Shown here: in pieces, positions 29,324-40,118 of the stretch
How positions within the stretch are numbered: position 1 is the first letter of the stretch
Layout: every line of letters begins with the position of its first letter
Assembly: GCA_963727445.1 (NCBI GenBank)
Contig: CAVSGI010000021.1
Location: 608,001-672,000 of the forward strand
Direction: 5' to 3'
Origin: an uncultured delta proteobacterium
Lineage (GTDB): Bacteria > Myxococcota_A > Polyangia > Polyangiales > B10-G4
DNA: 64,000 nt
Position numbers and translations under genes: made by a program
The notes under the pieces: model-generated
Told to the model about the DNA's origin: nothing
Databases searched by the model: none
What the model saw: the letters and a program-made list of their open reading frames with translations, nothing else

Positions 29324-30145
29324 TCAGACGAAGAAGTCTGGCGCGAGCTCCTGGGACGGATCGACCGCGTATCCCGAGAGATCGGTGACGCCGGCCGACG
29401 CGAGCACCTCGTCATCCACGCAGAAGTTCCCGCTGAACTCCTTGCTGTCGCGGGTGAGGATCACGTGGGCAGCATCGGCCATGATCGAGGGCTTGCGCGA
29501 GCGCTTGGCCACCTCCTCGCCACCGAGGAGGTTTCTCACGGCGGCGGTGTCGATGGTGGTGCGGGGCCACAGCGTGTTGGCCGCGATCCCCTTTTCGCGA
29601 AGCTCGCCGGCCCAGCCGAGGACGCACATGCTCATCCCGAACTTGGCCATGGTGTAGGCGACGTGCGGCGCGAACCACTTCTCCAGCATCTGGAGCGGCG
29701 GTGAGATGTTGAGGATGTGCGCGTTGTCGGACTTGGCCAGGTGGGGGATGCACTTCTGACCGCAGAGGAAGGTTCCGCGGGTGTTGATGGAGTGCATGAG
29801 GTCGTAGCGCTTCATCGGCGTGGTGACCGTGTCGGAGAGCATGATTGCGCTGGCGTTGTTCACCAGGACGTCGATGCCGCCGAACTTCTCGACGGTGGCG
29901 TTGACCGCAGCCTCTACCTGTTCCTCGAAGCGGATGTCGACGATGCAGGGCAGGGCGTTGCCGCCGGCCTTCTCGATCTCTTCACAGGCCGTGTAGACCG
30001 TCCCCTCGAGCTTGGGGTGCGGCTCCGCGGTCTTGGCCGCGACGGCGACGTTGGCGCCGTCCTTTGCTGCGCGGAGCGCGATGGCCTTGCCGATGCCCCG
30101 GCTCGCGCCGGTGATGAAGAGGGTCTTGCCTGCGAGTGTGCTCAT
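29324..30145 (-). CDS. SDR oxidoreductase, HSDL2-like subfamily
   Basis: ITGASRGIG, KTAEPHPKLEGT, NNASAI, YTMAK catalytic motif, LWPRTTIDTAA. Confidence 0.9.
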   Translation of the reverse strand: MSTLAGKTLFITGASRGIGKAIALRAAKDGANVAVAAKTAEPHPKLEGTVYTACEEIEKAGGNALPCIVDIRFEEQVEAAVNATVEKFGGIDVLVNNASAIMLSDTVTTPMKRYDLMHSINTRGTFLCGQKCIPHLAKSDNAHILNISPPLQMLEKWFAPHVAYTMAKFGMSMCVLGWAGELREKGIAANTLWPRTTIDTAAVRNLLGGEEVAKRSRKPSIMADAAHVILTRDSKEFSGNFCVDDEVLASAGVTDLSGYAVDPSQELAPDFFV

Positions 30146-30194
30146 GGCGGCGGAGGATAGCGCCAGGCGGCGCCAGGGGGCCACCGTCCCGTGC

Positions 30195-32705
30195 TCAGGC
30201 CGCGAGCGCTCGTGCCATCGCGAGGGCGGCGAAGAGCACGAGGGCGAGCAGCCCCGCGGTCGCCAGGAAGATGGCGGCGACCCGCTTCCAGAGGGCGCTC
30301 ATGGGCCCGAGGACCAGGAGTCGCGGCGCGTCCAGCACGTGCGTCTTTCCTTCGAGGTGTGCTGTCCCGACGAGGGTCGCGGGGTCTCCCTCTTCGTGAC
30401 GACCCCACAGATGAAGCGTCTCGGTCGCGTTCTCGGTCCGGAGCGGGTAGAGCGTCGCGTCGGTCGTCTCGGTCCGCGCGGCCGGCGCATGGGCGACCGT
30501 CCCGTCGGGGACAATGACGATCACGTCGCCGGGACCCGACACGTCCACGTGTCGCTCGTACCAGCTCTCGTACTGGTTTCGGGTCACCAGGTTTCCCTGA
30601 TCGTCGGTCGTCCGGTAGCTCCCCACGTGCTTGCTGTGGCCCAAACACTTCTCGCGGCGCGTGAAGGTGCCCGGCCCCAGCACTCCGCTGAAGCGCGACG
30701 CCTGTCCCACCATCAGCGCCCGGAGCGCCCGCTTCATGGGGCGCGCTTGGATGCGCCAGAACGAGCCCAATCGAAGGAGCGCGAAGGCGACCGCGGTGAA
30801 TCCGAACCCGAGCGTCGTGGCGTTTCCTTCGTTCTCGAAGCCGACCGCCATCAGCGCGACGAAGACGAATGCGAGGGACGCCATCACGACGAAGAATCCG
30901 TTGAGCATCACCACCGCCCAGGGCGTCTTGACGAGCACCGCGCGGTCCGAGAGGCCGGAGTTCGCGTGGGTGAAAGGCGGGACCGCCCAGATGCGCGCCA
31001 CGAAATCGAGGGCGAGGATCGCGGGTAGACACGCGGCGACGAGGGCGAAGGGGGCTTGTGCAGAGATCCCGGCCCCCGCGACGATGGCAGCGATGATCGC
31101 ACACCCGATCGCGTAGGGGGTCAGCGGGTGGCGCACCGCTTCCGGCTTCGACGTCGGGCGCTTTCGTTCGAAGTGCGCTGGCGCGTGTGCGTCGAGGAGC
31201 GCGTCGAGGCGCGGCGCGTCCGCTTTGGCGATGGCGCTCGCGTGCATCGACGTCGGGGTCTCGCGTGCCCTGTCGCGAAACCCTCCTTCGGTGTGGGATC
31301 CAGTGACCTCGCCGAGAACGACCACGCGGGTCGAGTCGGTGATGCGTCGCCCTTCGAGGATGTGCTCCCCCGGAGGCATCTCCCCCGAAAACGGAGCGAA
31401 GAGGTGGGGGGCGCCTTCGCCGAGGACGTGTGGCTCGCCCCGCTGGCGCTCGAGCGGTGCACCGTAGAGCGTGGTGCGTCCGAGCGTGAGAGACACCTCG
31501 TCACCGTCGTCGAGGCGAAGGACCGGTGAGCCGCCATTTTCGTGAGCGCTGCCGTGCGGCCCGTGAAGCGACGCCTGCACCACGTCGCCCAAGAGCGTCC
31601 CCTCGAGCCGCGTCCATCCACCCGCGGGCGTCCCGGGCGGATACTTCTTCGGCGGGGGCGGCGGCGGTCCGTGCAGCTCGCCCCAGGGCACCGTGAGGAT
31701 CGCGACCGCGTCGATCTGTCGATAGCCGCGGAGCTCGCCGGACAGCCACAGGCGGAGGCGCCTCTTCGGGTCGTCGTTCTGAAAAGGGATGTAGAGGAGC
31801 CGTGCTTCGTCGCCGGCGCTGTGATCGGCGAGACCCTGCCACAGCACGGTGTCGTCCGGCGCTGTCACGCGCACCACCGAGCCGGCCACGTTGGTCTCGA
31901 AGACGGCGAGCGCGCGGGCGACCTCGTGCTCGGGAAAGTCGAGCTCGAGCCACTCGTTGTGGGCGTCGCTCCCCGGGCACCAGGTCTGGTCGCGGTCACC
32001 CGCCTTCGGATAGACGCGCGGTCGCCCGGTGGCTTCTTTCGCGGAGTAGCTGCTGCTGTATCGTGACGAGGCGCGCGCCTTCGTCGCCCAGTGCACCCGC
32101 GTGTCCGGGGAGCGAATCGGGAAGTGGGCAGCCTCCTCGGGGCGGTATCTCTTCTCCCCGCCAGTCTCGAAGCGGGGTGGGGTCTCGCGGAGGGCGCTCA
32201 GCGGCTCGGTCAGGATCGCGACCGCGTCGATCTCCTTCCACTCGTCGCCCCCGAAGGCGCGTGGCTTCACACGGAGGCGGAGCTTCGAGAGCGTCCGTCG
32301 GCCGTCGAGCTTCACGTGGAGCAGGCGCGCCTCGCGCGTGTCCGAGAAGCGCCGGGCCTCGCCTCGATAGATCGGCTCGTTCTGCTCCAGGTCGATCGCC
32401 TCGTAGACCGCGCCCGGACCGCAGGTCTCGAAGACCAACAGGGCGACCGCGCGCGTGGGCGGAAAGCGGAGCTCGATCCAGGGATCCTCGTCCGAGTTGT
32501 CGGCGAGCCACGTGCCGTACTCGTCGCCGCCTTCGGGAAAGACCTTGGGCGGGCCCACGGCGGAGCGGGCCGCGTAGCTCGTGCTGTACTCGCTCGACGA
32601 CTTCGCCTCGACCGCGAAGACCACCCGCCGGTCGGGCAGGCGGAAGTCGATGCCCTCGAGCGCCCGGCTCTCCAGTCGCTCGGCCTCACCGACGTCGCCG
32701 CTCAC
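30195..32705 (-). CDS. Membrane protein with two tandem N-terminal discoidin-like (FBXL4/pappalysin-type) jelly-roll domains
   Basis: GTG start about 32705, just after the stop of the upstream gene; two ~150-aa repeats (A.ASS.YS.SY.A..A.G.P.V.P..GD...W...EL.FP......VFET...IDAVAIL); about five TM segments in the C-terminal half. Confidence 0.65.
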   Translation of the reverse strand: MSGDVGEAERLESRALEGIDFRLPDRRVVFAVEAKSSSEYSTSYAARSAVGPPKVFPEGGDEYGTWLADNSDEDPWIELRFPPTRAVALLVFETCGPGAVYEAIDLEQNEPIYRGEARRFSDTREARLLHVKLDGRRTLSKLRLRVKPRAFGGDEWKEIDAVAILTEPLSALRETPPRFETGGEKRYRPEEAAHFPIRSPDTRVHWATKARASSRYSSSYSAKEATGRPRVYPKAGDRDQTWCPGSDAHNEWLELDFPEHEVARALAVFETNVAGSVVRVTAPDDTVLWQGLADHSAGDEARLLYIPFQNDDPKRRLRLWLSGELRGYRQIDAVAILTVPWGELHGPPPPPPKKYPPGTPAGGWTRLEGTLLGDVVQASLHGPHGSAHENGGSPVLRLDDGDEVSLTLGRTTLYGAPLERQRGEPHVLGEGAPHLFAPFSGEMPPGEHILEGRRITDSTRVVVLGEVTGSHTEGGFRDRARETPTSMHASAIAKADAPRLDALLDAHAPAHFERKRPTSKPEAVRHPLTPYAIGCAIIAAIVAGAGISAQAPFALVAACLPAILALDFVARIWAVPPFTHANSGLSDRAVLVKTPWAVVMLNGFFVVMASLAFVFVALMAVGFENEGNATTLGFGFTAVAFALLRLGSFWRIQARPMKRALRALMVGQASRFSGVLGPGTFTRREKCLGHSKHVGSYRTTDDQGNLVTRNQYESWYERHVDVSGPGDVIVIVPDGTVAHAPAARTETTDATLYPLRTENATETLHLWGRHEEGDPATLVGTAHLEGKTHVLDAPRLLVLGPMSALWKRVAAIFLATAGLLALVLFAALAMARALAA

Positions 32706-32727
32706 GGCGCCGGACCCTAGCGCATCC

Positions 32728-33702
32728 TCACCCTCCCAGGCAGCCCCGTACCTCACCCGCCACGGCGCGCGCCGCCTCGCGGCCATTCGCGAGCCGCGAG
32801 AGCCGCGCGTGGATGCGCCGCGCCTCGGTGCATCGATGCCGCCGGAGGAGGATCCCGATCGCCTCGCGGAGCACATCCGGGGCCGCGGGGGGATCGCTGG
32901 CGAGCCAACGCGCGACGGGCGCGCGGGACACTCCGCTCGTGACGTCTTTGCGTCCGTCGCCGTTCCAATCGTCGTCCGCGATCCCGTTGGCGAGGGCGCC
33001 GAGGGCGGCCTCCACGTAGAGCGGCTCGCCTCCTTCGTCCACCAACGCCGCCGCGGCCCGGAAGGCCCCCTCGTCATCACCGGCGTAGACGGCGTCCGTC
33101 ATCATTCGCGCGCGGATCTCCGACCGGGCCACCGACCCCGCGGGGCTCAGCACCACCGAACGCGCCAGCGCTTCTTCGGCTTCGTGGGGGCGGCCGAAGC
33201 TTCGTTCGACCTCCGCCAGCTGCGCCCATCCCCGGGCCAGGTCCGGCGGCGCCCCCGGGCCAGGCGTGCAGGTGGCCGCCCGCGACGGGAAGGGGGGCAT
33301 CGCGCCCGCGAGGAGCGGCGCGGGCGCCGCCTCGGTGCAGAGCGCCGCCAGCATCGCGCGCTCCGCGCGGTCGAGCTCGGCCACCTCGGCCGAGGCCCGG
33401 CCGAAGATCCACGTGGCCTGCCGCACCTCGGGCGCCCTGGGGTGCTCGTCGACGAGCTCGTAGCTGGCCTCGTAGGCGACCTCCCAGGCGCCATTTGCGT
33501 ACGCCGCCCGCGCCTCCTGCAGGAGCCGGCGAGGCTCGAGGCTCCGCCGGTAGAGCGCCCAACGAAGCTCTTCCTTCACCTCGTGGTCGTCGAGCTCGTC
33601 CATCACGAGCGGGGGGAGGCTGCTCTCGCCTCCCGCCCCCTGCCTCGGCGGGACGCAGGCCACGAGCCAGAGCGACAGGCCCGCAAGGATGCACCACCTC
33701 AC
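32728..33702 (-). CDS. TPR-like helical lipoprotein
   Basis: Lipobox LVAC; Ala/Arg/Glu-rich helical repeats (ARAAYANGAWEVA, FGRPHEAEEAL); TAGGAT 5 nt upstream of the GTG. Confidence 0.6.
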   Translation of the reverse strand: MRWCILAGLSLWLVACVPPRQGAGGESSLPPLVMDELDDHEVKEELRWALYRRSLEPRRLLQEARAAYANGAWEVAYEASYELVDEHPRAPEVRQATWIFGRASAEVAELDRAERAMLAALCTEAAPAPLLAGAMPPFPSRAATCTPGPGAPPDLARGWAQLAEVERSFGRPHEAEEALARSVVLSPAGSVARSEIRARMMTDAVYAGDDEGAFRAAAALVDEGGEPLYVEAALGALANGIADDDWNGDGRKDVTSGVSRAPVARWLASDPPAAPDVLREAIGILLRRHRCTEARRIHARLSRLANGREAARAVAGEVRGCLGG

Positions 33703-33768
33703 GCTTCATCCTACGGGGCGGCGAGGCCCCGAAATTCCCCGCGGGCCCGCTTCTGCTATGCAGAGGCG

Positions 33769-34813
33769 GTGGACGACTGGGCCCATTGCGTGGAGGCGCT
33801 CCGAGCGGTCTCACGAACCTTCTCGAAGCCGATCGAGATGCTTCCCGAGGGGCTTCGGGAGGCCGTCACCTGCGCCTACCTCCTGTGTCGGATAGCCGAC
33901 ACCGTCGAAGATCGCCCTGATCTCCAGCTCTTCGAGCGTGACGTCCTCTTCGCCGCCCTCCTCGAGGTCCTCGAAGGCGCGGCCCCCGCCGACCACTTCA
34001 CGACAGCCTACGAGGCTCACTCGGGGAGCGGATCGGACGACGCCCTCTGCCGCTCTGCGCACCGGGTGATGGCGGTCTTCCGCGGGCTGCCGACGGAGGT
34101 GCAGGCGGCTTCGGTTCCGTGGATTCGGGGAGATGGTGCGGGGGATGGCCCTCTACGCCCACCGCCCACCCGGCCCCGATGGGCTGTCCGCCGTGATGGA
34201 CCTCGCCGACCTCGAGCGGTACTGCTGGTTCGTCGCCGGGACGGTGGGGCGGTTGCTCACCGAGCTCTTCCTCGCCCACCTGGGCCCTGGGCTCGACGAG
34301 GCGCGCGCAGGGACGCTGCGGCGGAGCGCTGGGGAGTTCGGTCTGGGCCTTCAGCTCACCAACGTCCTCAAGGACGTCACCGACGACCGGGCTCGGCGGG
34401 TCAGCTACATCCCGCGGGAGCTGGTGCGCGCCGAAGGCCTGGCCCTCGCGGAGCTCTGCGATCCCGCCCATCGCGACGCGGCCCATCGCGCGCTCGGGCC
34501 GGTCTTCGACCGCGCCGAGATCGCCCTCGATGGGGCGTTCGCCTATGTCCTGGCGATCCCTTCCGCGGCGCGGCAGATCCGGCTCTTCTGCCTTCTGCCC
34601 ATCTGGATGGCGCGCCGCACGCTTCGTCTGTCGCGGGGCAACGACGACATCTTCATCGACGACCATCCCGTGAAGATCTCCCGCGAGGAGGTGGCGCAGC
34701 TGATCGACGATTGCGTCGCCCGCTGCGAGGACGACGCGGCGCTCCGCGAAGGCTGGGCTAGCGCTCCTCGGGCGGGGCCACGGTGTCCACCTCGCGAGCC
34801 ACCTCGGGGATGA
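33769..34813 (+). CDS. Squalene synthase (farnesyl-diphosphate farnesyltransferase)-type head-to-head prenyltransferase (frameshift at 34122-34130)
   Basis: VSRTF flap, AYLLCRIADTVED, YCWFVAGTVG, GLGLQLTNVLKDVTDD, KISR. The two halves join by deleting one base. Confidence 0.85.
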
Positions 34814-36993
34814 GCTCGATCACCGGCGGGCGCGCCACCGCCTGGGTGTGCAGCGGATAGCTCACCACCACCGCGCCGCGAAAGCGCGGGACGTCGAGCT
34901 GATGCGCCGCGCTCATCAAGCAGGTGCGGAGCTCGTCGGTGATCGATCCGTCGACGTGCGCTTCGGTGAGCTCGCGATCCTCGAGGCGGATCACGAAGGT
35001 GGCGCGCACCGAGTAGTCGAGCCGGCCGGCGCGGTCCCGCCGGAAGCAGCGTCGCGCGACGGGCATCACCCGCTCGCGGAGCATGCGGAGCACCGTCTCC
35101 GCCGGCACGCCGCGCCCCGAGCGGTCGGCGGCGGCGGCGTGGGTCGGCGAAGGTCCGCGCGGCGTGCAGCTTCGCGCCATCGCCAGCGCGACCGGCGCGG
35201 CGTCGAAGCTGACGCCGCTCGCGCGCCGCGCCGGGCCACGGGCGTCGATGCACGCCGCGTCCGAGCTGCCGGCGCGCGCCGCCACGTCCTCCTGGTCGAG
35301 CGCGTAGAGAGAAGTGCGCTCGCCGGTGGCGAGCCCGGCGAGCGCGCGTCCCCGTGCGCCGTCCACGCGCGCGGTCGACGCGCGGCCCGCCCCGCGCAGC
35401 GAGAGGCGGCCACCGGGTACGACGCCCTGCCAGGAGAGCTGCTCGCCCGCAAGGAGCGCGCCCAGGGCGATCCGCCGGCCGCCCAGGACGAGCGCCACCG
35501 AGCTCCGCACCTCGGGCGCGAAGAGCCGTCCGATCCGCTCCTCGAGCTCGGCGGTGCTCTGCCCGCGCACCGCGAGCCCGGCCTCGTCGCCCGCCTCGAT
35601 GACGACGCCGCCGCTCGCGCGCGCGCCCTCGGCGAGCGCGGGCCAGACCCCGCGATCGCCCACACCGATCACGGAGATGCGCATGCCATCGCGCCGCGCC
35701 TCGGCGAAGGCGGCCGCTGCCTCCGGACCGCGGGTGATGCCGCCGTCGCCCACGATCACCAGATGCAGCGGGCGGCGTCCCCCCTCTTCGCCCACCAGCG
35801 CGCGCGCGAGAGAGACGGCCGCTTCGATCCGCGTCGCCGATCCGAGCTCGTCGAGAGACCGAGCGCGCGAGTGGAACCAGGGGGACCTCGTCGGGCGCGC
35901 GCGGCGACTCGAGCAGGCCGCGCGCTTCCGCGCCGAAGGCGAGCGCCCAGACCCGCGTCCCCCGGGGCGCCGCCGAGAGAATCGCCGCCACCGCCGGTGC
36001 GATGCGGCTCCGTGCGGGTCCTTCGGTCGACGGAGAGGCGTCGAGGGCGAGCACCAAATCTTCGGCGCTCCCACCGCGAGGGCCCGCCGTGACCGTCACC
36101 CGAGCGCAGCGCGCGTCGCCGCAAGCGAAGCGTTCGACCCGCGCCGTGGTCGGAGCGCCCGTCGGGAGCTGGGCCGTGACGGTGATCGGGTACCACGCAT
36201 CGCGAACGATGGGCGCTTCGGCCGGGAGCTCGTCCACCGCGACGCCGATCATCGACCGCGCCGTCGCGCGCACGGTGGTGGGCGCCGCCCGGGGATCCTG
36301 TCCGCGACCCGGCAGGGTGAGCCGCGCCACGCCGCCGATGATCGGCGCGGGCGCCAGATACGCGACCTGGACGACGAGGGTGCCGCGCGGAGGGACGGGC
36401 GCGGCGAGGATCTCGAGCGCGTCGCCCCGCGCGTCGTGCACGTGCTCGGCGGCGGCGATCGGCGCGGGCTCCTCCGCGCCGCGCGCGCGCACGGCGGCGT
36501 CGTAGGCGCCCCGCCCGGCGTCACCGAGCGCGAGCCCCTCGCGGCAGCGTTCACCGACGCAGGCGGAGAGCGAAGCGAGGGCCGCGCCGTCGGGGAGAGC
36601 GAGGCGGTATTTCACCTCGGCCGGGTGACGGGCGCGGCTCGAGAAGGTGAGCTCGGTGGTGACGCGCGCGAGCCCGTCGGCGAGCTCGACCGCCACGTCG
36701 TGGTGGGTCTCGCGCACGGCGTTGATCGCCGTCACCACCTCCCCGCTGGTCGGGCTCACGCTGGGCGGCCGTGGTCCCCGCGCGGCGATCTCCTCGGGGG
36801 TCTCGGGCGCTTCCGGCCCGGGCGGCCCGGGGACGTTGGACAGATCGCTGACCGGGTCGATCCCGATGGGGTCGTCGGAGTGCGGGTCGGTGTTCACCAG
36901 CTCGTCGAGGGTCGGGGGGCCGCCCTGCGCCGACGCGACCGCCGGAACGGAAACCATCAGCCAGAAGGAAGCGAGCCGAGCCCAGAGCCGCAT
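34758..36993 (-). CDS. Exported VIT + vWA domain protein with a C-terminal TonB_C/AgmX-like domain (frameshift near 35855)
   Basis: Signal peptide (ASA-Q); VIT-like HHDVAVELADGLARVTTELTF...YRLALP; vWA LALDASPST, IVGDGG, ISVIGVG; C-terminal RRCFRR...ELRTCLM...VSYPL. Confidence 0.6.
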
Positions 36994-37169
36994 ATTGGTG
37001 ACGACACCCCGGATCCCGAGATGTTCCGGGTGCGCGTTCGAGGATGACACGTCCTCGAGAAGCGCCCCACAGCCGGGAAATCCGCCCGTTGTAGGTCGCG
37101 CCGATCGTCCTTACCCTGTCGGGGCGCCAGGAGGCCTCTTTTCGCCTCCCGCGCCAGGAGGAACGGCCG

Positions 37170-38408
37170 ATGGGGATCATGGATTTCGTGAAGAGCGGCG
37201 TGCAGGAGCTGATGATCGCGCGCCCCGACGACAAGAAGAATCTGCTCGTCTACAAGCACCCCGATCCCACCATCCCCCACTTCTCGCAGCTCACCGTCGA
37301 CGCCGACGAGGCGGCGGTCTTCTTCCGCGACGGCTCGTTGGTGGGCACGCTGCGCACAGCCGGTGCGGGTCAGCGCCACACGCTGAGCGCGCAGAACATC
37401 CCGTTCCTTTCGAACCTCGTCGACAGCTTCACCGGCGGCAACATCTTCACGACGGACCTCTTCTTCGTGACGATGCGCCCCATCTACAACGTCCCCTTCG
37501 GCGACGCGCTCGGGATGATGGAAGACCCGGCGCTCGGCGAGATGGTCACGCCCCGCGTCTTCGGTCGCATGGCCTTCCAGGTCGAAGATCCCGAGAAGCT
37601 GATCCTTCGCTACCTCGGCATCCGCGCCACCACCGAAGCCGAGCAGGCGGAGTGGATCAAGAAGACGCTCATCGCGAGCGTGAAGACCGTGGTGGGCACC
37701 TACGGCGACCAGAACGGGGTGAGCCTGCTGCAGATGATGGGGCTGACCCAGCAGCTCAAGGAAGAGTTCGTCAAGAACGCGCCCGAGCTGAACGACATCG
37801 GGATCAAGATCCTCGAGATCGCCGACTTCAACCTGAACCTGAACGACGAGGAGTACGCGCGGCTTCAGGAAGCGCAGGCGGAAATCGGTGCGGCCAAGCG
37901 CGCGGCCCGCGTCGCCAACATCAACATCGCCAAGGCCGAGGCCGAGGCGAAGCAGAAGCAGTTCGAGCTCGACCAGACGTACCAGCAGGACTCTCGCTAC
38001 GTGAACAACCTCGCCCAGGGCAACTTCGGCAACTACGCGGCCGGCAAGGCCATGATGGGCGCCGGCGAAGGGATGGCCAAGGGCGGCGGCGGCGGTGAGG
38101 GCGGCGGCGGCGGCGGACCGATGATGACCGGCGCGGGGCTCGGCGTCGGCATGGGCATGGCGTCGATGATGGGCCAGGGGTTCAACCAGGCCCAGCAGCC
38201 GCAGGCCCGTCCGCCTGCGCAGCCCCAGCCCGCGACGAGCGGGCCGACCACCTGCCCCTCCTGCAACGCCAGCGTCCCGGGCGGGAAGTTCTGCGCCGAG
38301 TGCGGCGCGAACCTCGTGCCCAAGGAGCGCTTCTGCCCCTCTTGCGGAACGAAGGGCTCGGCCACCGCGAAGTTCTGCGCCGAGTGCGGCACGAGTTTCC
38401 CCCAGTAA
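37170..38408 (+). CDS. SPFH (band 7, YdjI-like) domain protein with C-terminal double zinc ribbon
   Basis: SQLTVDADEAAVFFRDG...HTL..NIPFL; GAGLGVGMGMA; CPSC...KFCAECG twice; SD AGGAGG. Confidence 0.85.
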   Translation: MGIMDFVKSGVQELMIARPDDKKNLLVYKHPDPTIPHFSQLTVDADEAAVFFRDGSLVGTLRTAGAGQRHTLSAQNIPFLSNLVDSFTGGNIFTTDLFFVTMRPIYNVPFGDALGMMEDPALGEMVTPRVFGRMAFQVEDPEKLILRYLGIRATTEAEQAEWIKKTLIASVKTVVGTYGDQNGVSLLQMMGLTQQLKEEFVKNAPELNDIGIKILEIADFNLNLNDEEYARLQEAQAEIGAAKRAARVANINIAKAEAEAKQKQFELDQTYQQDSRYVNNLAQGNFGNYAAGKAMMGAGEGMAKGGGGGEGGGGGGPMMTGAGLGVGMGMASMMGQGFNQAQQPQARPPAQPQPATSGPTTCPSCNASVPGGKFCAECGANLVPKERFCPSCGTKGSATAKFCAECGTSFPQ

Positions 38409-38465
38409 TTCCAATCTTCACGGCGTTGCGCTTCGAGCGGCCGCCCACATACAATCGGCCCGTCG

Positions 38466-40118
38466 ATGCGTTACTGCCCGACTTGCGGCGCGCGGTTCTC
38501 GGAGGAAGTCGGCTTCTGTCCGACGGATGGATCGCCGACGAACGAAATGGCGGAGACCGGCCCGCAGGAGGATCCCCTCCTGGGCCGGGTGATCGACGGC
38601 CGCTATCGCATCGAAGAGCAGCTGGGCGAAGGCGGCATGGGCGTCGTCTACCTCGCCTCGCACACGGTCCTCGGTAAGAAGCTCGCCCTCAAGGTCCTCC
38701 GCGGCGAGATGGCGAAGGACGAGGACACGGTGAAGCGCTTCATGCAGGAGGCGCAGGCGGCGACCGCGATCGGTCAGCAGAACATCATCGACATCAGCGA
38801 CTTCGGTCAGCTCCCGGACGGAACGACCTACTTCGTCATGGAGCACCTCGACGGCATGGCGCTGACCAAGCTGATCAAGCAGGGCGGCTCGGTGCCGATG
38901 GCCGACGCCATCCGCATCATCCGCCAGATCGCAGCGGCCCTGGGGGCGGCCCATCAGGTCGGTGTCGTCCACCGCGATCTCAAGCCCGACAACGTGATGC
39001 TGATCACCCGCGGCGGCGATCCCTACTTCGTGAAGGTCCTCGACTTCGGCATCGCCAAGGTCGGTGGCGCGGCCAGCAAGCTCACCAAGACCGGGATGGT
39101 CTTCGGGACGCCGCACTACATGGCGCCCGAGCAGGCGGCGGGGCAGGCCGTGGACCGCCGCACGGACATCTACGCCCTCGGCGTGATCATGTACGAGATG
39201 TTCACCGGGAAGGTGCCCTTCGACGCCGACACCTTCATGGCGATCCTCTCGAAGCACATGTTCGAGCCACCGATCCCGCCCAGCCAGCAGCTGAGCGAGG
39301 TGAAGCTCGGCGCCATCGAGGACGTGATCCTGAAGGCGCTCGCCAAGAAGCCCGAGGACCGCTACCAGACCATGGAAGCGCTCATCAAAGACCTCGACAC
39401 CCTCGCCTCGGGAGGGACGGTCGAGATCGGCGGGATGGGCTTGTCGCCTCCCGGCAACCTCGCCGACGCCCTCGAGCCGCCTTCGCGGACCGAGATGCGG
39501 CTCTCCAATCCGGAGACCGTGGAGATCCCGGGGAAGAAGAGCGCGATGCCGCTGATCGCCGGGTTCCTCTTCCTCCTTCTCCTGGGCGGAGGGGCGGCCG
39601 CCGCGGCCCTCTTCGCTTTCGGTGACGACGACACGGAGACGCCGCCGCTGGTCGCGACGCCTCCCGACGCCTCCCTGGCGCCCCCCGACGCCGCGGTGGT
39701 GGACGCCTCCGAGCACGTGGTCGGCGAGGAGGAGGACGAGAGCGTTGCCCGTGTGGAGATCCGCTCCGAGCCCCCGGGCGCCACGGTGCTGATCGACGGC
39801 GCGATCGTGGGCAACACCGCGCGCGGACCCGACGGGGTGCCGCTCCAGCTTCGCCGCCCCGAGGGCGACGCGGTCTTGAACGTCACCGTGCATGCGCTCG
39901 GCCACGAAGACCGGGCGGTGGTGATCATGTCGACGAGCCCACCGGTGATCCCGGTCGAGCTTCCCGAAGAGGAACGAGAGGAGACGCCGCGCCCCAACAT
40001 GCGCCGTCATCCCATGTCCAACACCGAGATGACCGAGCCCGCGCAGATGGAGCCTTTGCCTCAGATGATGACAAGCACCCACTCGTCGGACGTCGTCGAT
40101 CCATGGGCCGACGAATGA
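38466..40118 (+). CDS. Hanks-type Ser/Thr protein kinase with N-terminal Zn ribbon, TM and PEGA-like domain
   Basis: CPTCG..FCPTDG; LGEGGMGVVY, ALKVL, HRDLKPDN, DFG, GTPHYMAPE; TM; IRSEPPGATVLIDG. Confidence 0.93.
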   Translation: MRYCPTCGARFSEEVGFCPTDGSPTNEMAETGPQEDPLLGRVIDGRYRIEEQLGEGGMGVVYLASHTVLGKKLALKVLRGEMAKDEDTVKRFMQEAQAATAIGQQNIIDISDFGQLPDGTTYFVMEHLDGMALTKLIKQGGSVPMADAIRIIRQIAAALGAAHQVGVVHRDLKPDNVMLITRGGDPYFVKVLDFGIAKVGGAASKLTKTGMVFGTPHYMAPEQAAGQAVDRRTDIYALGVIMYEMFTGKVPFDADTFMAILSKHMFEPPIPPSQQLSEVKLGAIEDVILKALAKKPEDRYQTMEALIKDLDTLASGGTVEIGGMGLSPPGNLADALEPPSRTEMRLSNPETVEIPGKKSAMPLIAGFLFLLLLGGGAAAAALFAFGDDDTETPPLVATPPDASLAPPDAAVVDASEHVVGEEEDESVARVEIRSEPPGATVLIDGAIVGNTARGPDGVPLQLRRPEGDAVLNVTVHALGHEDRAVVIMSTSPPVIPVELPEEEREETPRPNMRRHPMSNTEMTEPAQMEPLPQMMTSTHSSDVVDPWADE

